From positions 1-27,707 of IMG/VR virus record IMGVR_UViG_3300020045_011125: a DNA stretch of 27,707 bases, one strand, 5' to 3'. The position numbers and the translations under genes are program-made. Source of the stretch: a virus. Taxonomy: Duplodnaviria; Caudoviricetes. Below are positions 7,946-16,002 of the stretch, one piece after another. A model generated the notes under the pieces. That model was not told where the DNA came from, made no database searches, and saw nothing but the letters and a program-made list of their open reading frames with translations. How positions within the stretch are numbered: the stretch's first letter is position 1; the number at the start of each line of letters is the position of its first letter.

Positions 7946-8643
7946 TAGACATAATAATACCAACCTATGACAACGTAGACCAATTAGTACAATGTGTTTA
8001 TTCATTGGGGAAAGAACCTAACATTATCATTGTAAATAATGGTTTCCATCCATTAGAAAATTTTATACGGCAAGACAATGTTAAGATATTAACCCCTGGG
8101 GTTAATTTAGGCTGGGAAGGCGGACTTAAACATGGTCTCGAACATTGTAATAACGATATAGTAATATTTTCTAATGATGATATATTTATACCTTATTCAA
8201 GTGCTCATTGGCAGGAAAGTATTTACGATTGGCACGCTGTAAATGAAAAAGGTGCATTGGGATTTACTTCAAACTGTGTAAGCGGAAAACAAAATATATG
8301 GTATAGAAATGATGAAACAATAATTCAAACTACTTATCTTGTAGGGTTTTTTATGGTTTTAAATAGAAAGTCTTTAGACGCGGTAGGTGGTGTAGACGAT
8401 ACCTTGTGTGGAGGTGATGATATTGACCTTTCTATACGATTAAGGAAGGCAGGATATCCTTTATATATAGATACAAGTATTTTTATTTATCATCACGGTT
8501 TTCAGACAGGAACAAAATTAAATGGGGACCACACTAAAGAAGGCGGGTGGAACAGCAACAAGATGATAGAAGAGACTAATATGGCTTTAATAAAGAAACA
8601 TGGGTTTAATTGGTGGTTTAATACTATGAGTGGGGTGTTATGA
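7942..8643 (+). CDS. Glycosyltransferase family 2 (GT-A)
   Basis: 'IDIIIPTYD', 'IIIVNNG', 'NLGW.GG', 'FSNDD', 'VGG.D', 'GGDDIDLSIRLRKAGY', 'IYH' motifs. Confidence 0.92.
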   Translation: MIDIIIPTYDNVDQLVQCVYSLGKEPNIIIVNNGFHPLENFIRQDNVKILTPGVNLGWEGGLKHGLEHCNNDIVIFSNDDIFIPYSSAHWQESIYDWHAVNEKGALGFTSNCVSGKQNIWYRNDETIIQTTYLVGFFMVLNRKSLDAVGGVDDTLCGGDDIDLSIRLRKAGYPLYIDTSIFIYHHGFQTGTKLNGDHTKEGGWNSNKMIEETNMALIKKHGFNWWFNTMSGVL

Positions 8644-9491
8644 GAATATCAAACAGTTATTTAGGTTCAACGATAGGTAGAAATGATGGGGCACCTCTTT
8701 ATTATACAAATATAATGCGAAAATTAGGGCATGACGTCGTCCGACCTTGTGGACTTAAACCGATAGAACCTTTAGGTAAATGTGACTTTCATTTATGGGT
8801 TGATTGGGGCGAGGATGCCTTAAAACCTATGTTACCCAATGAACCTATAAATATGTCTTCTTATCATCCTTCTGTATATATTGCCTCGGATACTCATCTT
8901 GGATTTGACTACCGTCTCAACAAGGCAAAAGAGTTTGATTTTGTATTTTGCAATCAGAAAAGAGCTGTAGAAGAATTTGGAAAAAATGGAGTAAAATCAA
9001 CATGGCTTCCTCATGCCGCAGAACCTATGGCATATCCATGCATTCCTGAATGTATGAAAAAATATGACGTAAGTTTTGTAGGATATGTTTCTTTTCCTAA
9101 AAGAAGAGATGCTTTAGATAGAATTTTTAAATCTTTTGACAATTTTTTCTATGGACAAAGATTATTTGAATCAGCAGCAGAAATGTACAGAAAATCAAAG
9201 ATAGTTTTAAATACTGCTGCAGTTGACGATGTCAATATGAGAGTTTTTGAAACCCTTGCAACAAAGTCTTTCCTTTTAACTGAAGACATTCCTACCATAC
9301 ATGAATTATTTACAGACGGAAAACATTTAGTAACTTATAAAAATCTTGACGATGCTATTGATAAGATTAAATATTATTTGCAAAATGATGAGGAAAGGAA
9401 TAATATTGCCTTAGAGGGATATAAGGAATTTATATCTAAACATACTTATCAACATCGTTTTGAGACAATATTAAAAAGCATAAATTTATAA
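8640..9491 (+). CDS. CgeB-like glycosyltransferase (GT-B, Glyco_trans_1_2 type)
   Basis: 'WLPHA', 'YDVSFVG', 'SKIVLN', 'NMRVFE', 'FLLTE', 'IA..GY......HTY.HR' motifs. Confidence 0.9.
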   Translation: MRISNSYLGSTIGRNDGAPLYYTNIMRKLGHDVVRPCGLKPIEPLGKCDFHLWVDWGEDALKPMLPNEPINMSSYHPSVYIASDTHLGFDYRLNKAKEFDFVFCNQKRAVEEFGKNGVKSTWLPHAAEPMAYPCIPECMKKYDVSFVGYVSFPKRRDALDRIFKSFDNFFYGQRLFESAAEMYRKSKIVLNTAAVDDVNMRVFETLATKSFLLTEDIPTIHELFTDGKHLVTYKNLDDAIDKIKYYLQNDEERNNIALEGYKEFISKHTYQHRFETILKSINL

Positions 9492-9509
9492 AAAATAAGG
9501 AGTTAAAAG

Positions 9510-9860
9510 ATGATTTCAGACAACACTGTAGGTTCTGCTAAAGTATACAGCGCTGCTGTTACAGGTACAAAGGTTGGGGTAACAACAAAAGATGAAGTAC
9601 TTATTTTTAGTATAAGTATTTTTAGCGATACAGGGGCCGGTTATTTGCAATTTTTCGATGCACAAGCTGCCGACGTTACGGTAGGAACAACTACACCCAC
9701 TTTTGTATTATATATTGCGGCTGGTGGCGATAAAGCTCAACACTTTGAATTTTCAAAACCTATAAAATTTAGTACAGGCTTGACTATAGCTGCTACTACT
9801 ACAAGAACAGGCAACAGTACTGCTACTGTTGAAACTTTGATAACTTATGCGGATGCATAA
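9510..9860 (+). CDS. Putative virion protein (Thr-rich jelly-roll-like)
   Basis: 'YLQFFDA....VTVGTT.P', 'I.FSTGLTIAATTT' pattern; AAGGAG RBS. Confidence 0.6.
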   Translation: MISDNTVGSAKVYSAAVTGTKVGVTTKDEVLIFSISIFSDTGAGYLQFFDAQAADVTVGTTTPTFVLYIAAGGDKAQHFEFSKPIKFSTGLTIAATTTRTGNSTATVETLITYADA

Positions 9861-9880
9861 TAAAAATATAGGAGATAAAA

Positions 9881-10246
9881 ATGTATAAATATGGAACTTT
9901 TTTGAATGGATTTATACCTGTAGTATCTAAAGAAAAGTATAGAGTAAAAGATTCACAATCTGTTCCTGTTGGAGATTGTGATTATATTATGGTAAGTGGA
10001 TATTGCAAAGGAAAAGGTTACGGTAATGAAGGCTTTGTAAAATTTAATTTTGCATTATCTATAAATGGAGAAAGATATGACACAGAACCCTTTGATAGTG
10101 TAATAGTTCCAATGAATGTCAGCGGTATAGTACAAGCAAGTAAATGTTTAAAAATATCTGGAGCTGCATCGATTGCACTGATTAGTATAGAATCTAATGA
10201 GGATGCTTTTGATATAAATTGTAGTTGGGGTAAAAACGTTAGATAA
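9881..10246 (+). CDS. Hypothetical, probable beta-sandwich virion protein
   Basis: AGGAG RBS; beta-strand pattern with 'F..S.NG..YD'. Confidence 0.5.
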   Translation: MYKYGTFLNGFIPVVSKEKYRVKDSQSVPVGDCDYIMVSGYCKGKGYGNEGFVKFNFALSINGERYDTEPFDSVIVPMNVSGIVQASKCLKISGAASIALISIESNEDAFDINCSWGKNVR

Positions 10247-10265
10247 ATAAAAAGGAGAAACCTAA

Positions 10266-10658
10266 ATGGAAGATCGTTCATGGGCACAAGGAATGACACA
10301 AGAACAATTCAATAATGAATTTCAGAGAAGACATCCAACTTGGGATATGATCCCTGATATTAAAAATTATCTTAAAAATGAACAACCTTTAAAAATGGGC
10401 ATGGATCCCTTTAACCCTGAAATGTTAGAAAAAGATCTTTGTGCTCAAGAAGAGATAGAAGCCAAAAAATCAGCAAAAGTATATAAAATGCCGGAACAAC
10501 CTGAAGACAGGTCAAAAAGGTTTCAAGAACAAAACACAATACATAATTGCAAGTATTGCAATAGAGAAGTTAAAAGCAGGATAGGCTTATTAAGGCACGA
10601 AAGTTTATGCTTGGCAGAAAGTAAAGTTGATAAAAATTTAAACAAGATCTTGGCGTAA
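10266..10658 (+). CDS. Hypothetical protein with C-terminal C2HC zinc finger
   Basis: CKYC..EVKS..GL.RHE..C. Confidence 0.65.
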   Translation: MEDRSWAQGMTQEQFNNEFQRRHPTWDMIPDIKNYLKNEQPLKMGMDPFNPEMLEKDLCAQEEIEAKKSAKVYKMPEQPEDRSKRFQEQNTIHNCKYCNREVKSRIGLLRHESLCLAESKVDKNLNKILA

Positions 10659-10692
10659 CTTTTAAACAAGAGGAAATATATAAGGTAATAAA

Positions 10693-10962
10693 ATGGCAAA
10701 CGCAAAAGGAATGCAACCGTCAGCAGTTGAAACAACATCATATTATACAATAAAATATGATTATGATTCTAATGATAATTGTATATATATAGGCAAAGCA
10801 AATATTGGAACAGTTACAAGTGTGGCAAGTTGGCAGATAGCGAGGCTTACTTGGACAGCAGGAACTGTAAGTGGTTTTAATTGTACTGCACAAGAATGGG
10901 CAGATGGAGACATGGCTTTTGACAATATTTGGGATAATAGGGCGTCATTGTCTTATTCTTAG
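10693..10962 (+). CDS. Small conserved phage structural/fibre-associated protein
   Basis: 'YIGKA..G.......WQI.R......WADG...FD.IWDNRASLSY' pattern. Confidence 0.65.
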   Translation: MANAKGMQPSAVETTSYYTIKYDYDSNDNCIYIGKANIGTVTSVASWQIARLTWTAGTVSGFNCTAQEWADGDMAFDNIWDNRASLSYS

Positions 10963-10971
10963 GAGATAAGT

Positions 10972-11505
10972 ATGGGGTATGTATTAAATCCGTTTACCGG
11001 ACAATTAGATAATGCAGGAAGCGGGGGCAGTGATCCTGCTGCTGGTTTTACTCTTGCTGGGAATATTATATTAGGTGAAAACACCTCTTTATTTTTAGAT
11101 CCTGTCTTATCTGCTGATGGTAAATATTGTGGCATTACGGAAGTGGTTACAGCAGGAGAAACAATCGCTTTTGGTGAATTGGTTTATCTTAAAGCATCAG
11201 ACAGTCAATGGTATTTGGCAGATGCAACTGCCGCTTCTACCTCTGGGGATGTCAGGCTGGCAATAGCAGTTACTACAGGCGCAGATAATGGCAGCATGAC
11301 TATTTTGACCTATGGGAAAATAAGGGCAGACGCTAAATTCCCTACCTTTACAGTAAGTGCTCCTGTGCATATTTCAGAAACCGCTGGGGCAGTGGTTGTG
11401 GCAGCTCCTACAACTACTGATTCTGTGACAAGGCGAATAGGTTTTGCAAATACAACCGATGAATTGTTTTTTAACCCTTCAAATGATTATTACACTCACA
11501 CATGA
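10972..11505 (+). CDS. Fibre/spike-associated protein with cement-like domain
   Basis: 'NPFTGQLD' N-terminal motif; 'AGE.IAFGELVYL...W.LADA', 'P......R.IG.A......FNP'. Confidence 0.6.
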   Translation: MGYVLNPFTGQLDNAGSGGSDPAAGFTLAGNIILGENTSLFLDPVLSADGKYCGITEVVTAGETIAFGELVYLKASDSQWYLADATAASTSGDVRLAIAVTTGADNGSMTILTYGKIRADAKFPTFTVSAPVHISETAGAVVVAAPTTTDSVTRRIGFANTTDELFFNPSNDYYTHT

Positions 11506-11951
11506 AATACGAATATGCTGGCATAAAATATGACATTGACGAAAGATATTCTTTCAAAGATTTCACTGGGAGGAATCTCAAAAAAGAGGATATCCCCAAT
11601 AATGTAGTTATTTACGGTTCGTGTTTTTCACAGGAGATTGTTGATAGGAATATTTTTAGAGACGACATGACAGGCGTGACTTTTATAAAATGTAACCTTG
11701 ATAATTGTTTTATTCCAGTAGGTAACGTAGTTGTTGATTGCTGGCAGAGAAAGTTTAGTTGCCAGAACGATGGCAACGACTGGATTTTAGATAAAGATAG
11801 CAAGCCTCTAAAACCTGTAAATCATAAAATTTTTACTAAACTGTCATTACCTATGCCGGACCCTAAAGATATACCTGTTGTAAAATGTGAAGAATGTATT
11901 GACCTTTTGAAAGCCGCTAAAACAAAACAATTATCGTTTGAGGTAATGTAA
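11502..11951 (+). CDS. Pentapeptide-repeat-like protein, possible spike chaperone
   Basis: 'SFKDFTGRNL', 'GSCFSQE', 'VTFIKCNLDN'; translationally coupled and directly before the spike gene. Confidence 0.45.
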   Translation: MKYEYAGIKYDIDERYSFKDFTGRNLKKEDIPNNVVIYGSCFSQEIVDRNIFRDDMTGVTFIKCNLDNCFIPVGNVVVDCWQRKFSCQNDGNDWILDKDSKPLKPVNHKIFTKLSLPMPDPKDIPVVKCEECIDLLKAAKTKQLSFEVM

Positions 11952-11953
11952 AA

Positions 11954-13567
11954 ATGGCACTACCAGCAACAGCAGTTTTAGAGGTTAGATCAACCGCTAC
12001 AGCCAACAATGTAAATGGAGCTGGGTTCAATTCTGCACGTGGTGGTACTGATTACACTTTGCAAAATGCGGCTCAATTGACTAATACAGACCTTACTTGT
12101 ACTGCGGCATCTACTACAGTCACATCGGCTGGTGGGGGCTTTACTGATGCCATGAAAGGCAATTATATACATCTGACCGCATTGACCGGCACAGGCGCTA
12201 TTGTTGGATGGTATGAAATTGTATCTGTTACGGACACAAACAATGCAGTTTTAGATAGAACCCCTACAGATGGAGCAAACAATATTACGGCTGGTACATT
12301 TTATGTAGGCGGGGCTGCGAGTTTAGTATCTACATTGGATGATGATTTTTTTGAGATGTGTGTAGCTGGGAATATTATATATGTTAAGGGTGGGGCTACC
12401 CCAATTACCTACACATTGGGCGAAGCTGTTAATATGGTCGCTGCTGGAGGTACGCAAGCTCCTATTAAAATAATAGGATATTCAACAACAAGGGGGGACA
12501 ATCCAACGGATGGTACACGCCCAACTTTTGCTTGCGGGGCAAATAATTTTAATATGAGTACCAATTGGGAGATATCTTTTGTCGAATTAACAGGGACAGG
12601 ATCAAGTTTGCTTTCATTAAGTAATGCAGGGAAAAGTGTCCATTGTAAAGTTACAAATAGCTCTACAACTGCCAATAGAGTTGCAATTGGGGGAGGGTTA
12701 GATTGTCTTTTTTTGAGTTGCGAGGGGATATCTTATAGAGGCAGAGCTCTGTCTGTTGGTGGAACTAGTCAAATAATAGGGTGTTATTTACATGATAGCA
12801 ACGTGGCTATATATGGCACCACAAGCATTTCAGTTAATATTATGGATACTATAATGGCTCATTGTGCAACTTTGAATTTTGGGCTTACAGGGGCATTGTT
12901 AGTAGGTTTTTTGGGTATCAATAATATTTTTTATGGTGCTGAAAATAAATATGGGACGGGAGTATCCTTTGTTACTGGGACTACAGATGTTAGATTAATA
13001 AATAATATTTTTTATGGTTTTGTAACAGCCGTAACTCATGCTGATGTTCAATCTGTAGGATACGATGATTATAATTGTTATAACAATAATACTACTGATG
13101 TAAATAATTGGACAAAAGGGAGTAATGATGTTACAACAAATCCCGCTTTTACCAATGTTACACAAAAAGTAAATTTAGGCACAGTTACATCAACTACCAA
13201 TGTGTTGACAGACGATGGAGCGGATTTTAGCACTATAACGGATAATGTTGACCATATTTTAATACGGTCAATGACTGGTACTGGTGGTGTTACTGATACA
13301 TTTTTTGGCATTACTGCGCACACTGCTACAACCCTCACTTTAACTAGCGACCTTACATCGTCAGGGGGAGGGAGTAATATTGTTTATTCAATAACGTTGG
13401 GAAATGACTTTTTACCAACAGCAACTTTATCTGGATATCCAGGAATTTTCCCTGGGGGATTTACAACAGGCAGTAAGACCATAGGTGCAGTACAAAAGGC
13501 GGCTTCATCAGGGAATATAAAAACCTATAATGGAGTAGCAATTTCAGGGATAAGTACAATTAGTTAA
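11954..13567 (+). CDS. Right-handed beta-helix (pectate-lyase-like) spike/fibre protein
   Basis: 'GNIIYVKGG...YT', 'GT..API.IIG', repeated 'INNIFYG', 'DYNC.NNN', 'NPAF...NDF', 'IGAVQ'. Confidence 0.8.
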   Translation: MALPATAVLEVRSTATANNVNGAGFNSARGGTDYTLQNAAQLTNTDLTCTAASTTVTSAGGGFTDAMKGNYIHLTALTGTGAIVGWYEIVSVTDTNNAVLDRTPTDGANNITAGTFYVGGAASLVSTLDDDFFEMCVAGNIIYVKGGATPITYTLGEAVNMVAAGGTQAPIKIIGYSTTRGDNPTDGTRPTFACGANNFNMSTNWEISFVELTGTGSSLLSLSNAGKSVHCKVTNSSTTANRVAIGGGLDCLFLSCEGISYRGRALSVGGTSQIIGCYLHDSNVAIYGTTSISVNIMDTIMAHCATLNFGLTGALLVGFLGINNIFYGAENKYGTGVSFVTGTTDVRLINNIFYGFVTAVTHADVQSVGYDDYNCYNNNTTDVNNWTKGSNDVTTNPAFTNVTQKVNLGTVTSTTNVLTDDGADFSTITDNVDHILIRSMTGTGGVTDTFFGITAHTATTLTLTSDLTSSGGGSNIVYSITLGNDFLPTATLSGYPGIFPGGFTTGSKTIGAVQKAASSGNIKTYNGVAISGISTIS

Positions 13568-13578
13568 AGGAGGATAAA

Positions 13579-13968
13579 ATGTTTAAAAAATTAGTCATCA
13601 TTTTGTTAATAGCAACAATATGTTCGACTGCCTACGCATTGCCAACAACTGCAAAAAAGGGATTATCTTGGACTCCACCAACTGAATACGCAGACGGTTC
13701 TCCCATGCCTGATACTGCCCTTTTGGGATATAAAATATACTGGAGTACGATAAGCGGAGAATACACAAACGCCAATAGTAAAGATATAGGCAAGCCACTT
13801 ACTCCTTATGTATTATTTACAAGTTTATATTCAACGATCCCTAAAACAGGAAAATATTATTACGTAATAACTGCCTATACGGCAGACGGGGAAAGTGCTT
13901 TTAGTGGTGAGGTGTGGGCAAATTTTTTTTCTCTTTCCGCTCCTCCCCTTAACCTTTTGGCTGAATAA
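13579..13968 (+). CDS. Fibronectin type III domain protein with Sec signal peptide
   Basis: MFKKLVIILLIATICSTAYA; 'LSW.PPT', 'GYKIYW', 'YYYVITAY...ES.FS.EV'. Confidence 0.8.
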   Translation: MFKKLVIILLIATICSTAYALPTTAKKGLSWTPPTEYADGSPMPDTALLGYKIYWSTISGEYTNANSKDIGKPLTPYVLFTSLYSTIPKTGKYYYVITAYTADGESAFSGEVWANFFSLSAPPLNLLAE

Positions 13969-13976
13969 GGATAATT

Positions 13977-14780
13977 ATGGCATCAGTAGCAGAATGGAAA
14001 CTTAATGATAATGCAGGAAATTCGAGTTGGCTTGATTCTTCTGGAAATGGGAATCATTTAGCAGGCGATAGCAATCCCACTTCTGCCACGGGACATGGTG
14101 GCACTGTTGCGGCTGCTGTTGATTTATCGTCAGCTATACTATATATAGCTGAAGTATCACAAATCGGTCTTGATTTGTCAACTGCGTGTATTTTGTCAGC
14201 ACGAATTAAAATATTTGATTCAACGCAGATAGGATACATAATTAGTAACAGTTATTTTGAAAATTTTTCATATTTATTGACATACGAAAATTCAGGAACA
14301 AATCTTTTCAAGATACGTTTCCAATGCTCCACTAATGGGAATACTTTTGATTTTGATCTTTACAATGATACAAATTTAAATATTAACACATGGTATCACA
14401 TCTGTGTTGTTTGGGATGGTATAGATATTAGAATATATGTAAATGCAATTTTGGATTGTACCCCTTTGGCATTTACAGGTACTCTTTTTAATAGTAACGG
14501 TGGATATATTATTATTGGAGGTACTGGTGTTGTAGATAATCTCACTTCTGGATATAGTGGTATTTTGGACGATGTCCGCATCTATGATAACGCCACAGAT
14601 ATTACTCCTGCTGAATTATATGCACTTGGGGATGATTTTGCAGCGGCAGTTGTGCCAGCAGCCCCCTCTGAAGATAATTCCCGAACAAAAACGAAACAAT
14701 GGGACAGTGTTCACACAACAACAGAGGCAAATTATAGGGCAAGAGAATTGATGTTTGGCGGAAAAAGAGGGAGGAGATAA
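13977..14780 (+). CDS. LamG/concanavalin A-like domain protein
   Basis: 'WKLND..G....DSSGNGNH', 'NTWYHICVVWDG..IRIYVN', 'YSGILDDVRIYD'. Confidence 0.9.
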   Translation: MASVAEWKLNDNAGNSSWLDSSGNGNHLAGDSNPTSATGHGGTVAAAVDLSSAILYIAEVSQIGLDLSTACILSARIKIFDSTQIGYIISNSYFENFSYLLTYENSGTNLFKIRFQCSTNGNTFDFDLYNDTNLNINTWYHICVVWDGIDIRIYVNAILDCTPLAFTGTLFNSNGGYIIIGGTGVVDNLTSGYSGILDDVRIYDNATDITPAELYALGDDFAAAVVPAAPSEDNSRTKTKQWDSVHTTTEANYRARELMFGGKRGRR

Positions 14781-14799
14781 TGAATAAGGGAGATAAAAA

Positions 14800-14997
14800 A
14801 TGGCTTTAAAAAATAAAAAAAATACATATATTATTTATCTACCTGTATTTGAAAAAAATGGTGAAGTTGACTATAATTATGTTGACTATAATTATGTTGA
14901 CTATAATTTAACACAAGAACCTGATGGTAGTGATCTTATTGATGGATGGAGCTATAAACCGTTTAAAATTGTTCCTTTTATCAAAGGAGAAAAATAA
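14800..14997 (+). CDS. Hypothetical protein with VDYNY repeats
   Basis: AGGGAG RBS; TAATG coupling to the next gene. Confidence 0.55.
   Translation: MALKNKKNTYIIYLPVFEKNGEVDYNYVDYNYVDYNLTQEPDGSDLIDGWSYKPFKIVPFIKGEK
14866..14908 (+). repeat. 15-bp tandem repeat (about 2.9 copies)
   Basis: GTTGACTATAATTAT at 14866 and 14881, partial at 14896. Confidence 0.9.
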
Positions 14998-15686
14998 TGG
15001 CATTAACCTATCTACAATTAGTAAACAGGGTATTAAAAAGAATAGAAAATACAGAAATTTCCGAAGTAACAACGGCAACAGGTAACGCATTAATAATAAG
15101 TGAGATGATAAATGAGGCACAAACTGTTATATCTAATGAGGCTAATTGGCAGTCTCTTTATACAACCAGAACTTTTGCTACTGTTGCATCGACTGCTTTT
15201 TATGATTTAGCAACTGACTTTGGGAAAGGTATTGATTTAATAAATACCACTTCAAATTTGATACTTAATGAATGTAATATACAGGACATTGACGCTTTTG
15301 ATTCTGATGCCTCTGATACCGGGACACCTACTTATTACGCTATAGCAGGCAACCAATATAGGCTTTATCCCACACCAAGTGCCGTAGAAACAATAAGAGA
15401 CAGATATTATAAAGTTCCTACGACCTTATCAGCAAATACGGGGACAAGTACATTGCCGTTAGAATGTGAACCTTGTATAATTTATTATACCCTTGCAAGG
15501 ATGCATGAGACAATGAAAGAGAATGACGAAGGAGATCGTTGCCAAGTTCAGTATCAGAAATTCTTAGAAGCGGCAAAGAAGACAAACGCTGTAAAAATTA
15601 ATCAGATGCACGTTTTTAGGGCGTATGGTGCTAGTAGAGGTACTTCAATGGCAGTGTTTCCTGCGGAGTATGGGAGAGGGAGATGA
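14997..15686 (+). CDS. Head-tail adaptor / tail tubular protein A
   Basis: 'TYLQLVNRVL.R', 'INEA', 'W..L', 'Y.L..DF', 'GTP.YY.......LYPTP' motifs. Confidence 0.85.
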   Translation: MALTYLQLVNRVLKRIENTEISEVTTATGNALIISEMINEAQTVISNEANWQSLYTTRTFATVASTAFYDLATDFGKGIDLINTTSNLILNECNIQDIDAFDSDASDTGTPTYYAIAGNQYRLYPTPSAVETIRDRYYKVPTTLSANTGTSTLPLECEPCIIYYTLARMHETMKENDEGDRCQVQYQKFLEAAKKTNAVKINQMHVFRAYGASRGTSMAVFPAEYGRGR

Positions 15687-15690
15687 AAAA

Positions 15691-16002
15691 ATGTATGGTG
15701 TGCCTGATGTTGATGCGAATGATATTTTCAAAATAAGTAAAAATAAAAATTTAAAAATAAATGCCATAATGTATGTAGGGGTTTATGATATATGTCATAA
15801 TAAAGAAAAATTAATTTTATTTTTTAAAAAAAAGAGAATTTTTATAAAAAGCATAGAATGCGAGGGTTGGATGGATAGATTAAAAATTAAAGTTTTTTCA
15901 AACTTTTTAAGAGCTAAAAAATATGAATATACACCTTGTTTATATTATTTAGATTCAGATATTTTAAATGAATTTTGGGATAAAATAAATGCCAACAACT
16001 GA
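15691..16002 (+). CDS. Hypothetical AT-rich inserted gene
   Basis: Start reassigned to ATG 15691 with GGGAG RBS; sits between adaptor and nozzle. Confidence 0.55.
   Translation: MYGVPDVDANDIFKISKNKNLKINAIMYVGVYDICHNKEKLILFFKKKRIFIKSIECEGWMDRLKIKVFSNFLRAKKYEYTPCLYYLDSDILNEFWDKINANN

Noticed and set aside
6289-14908. Short tandem repeats as CRISPR arrays
   Set aside because: 15-16 bp head-to-tail units with no spacers and no cas genes
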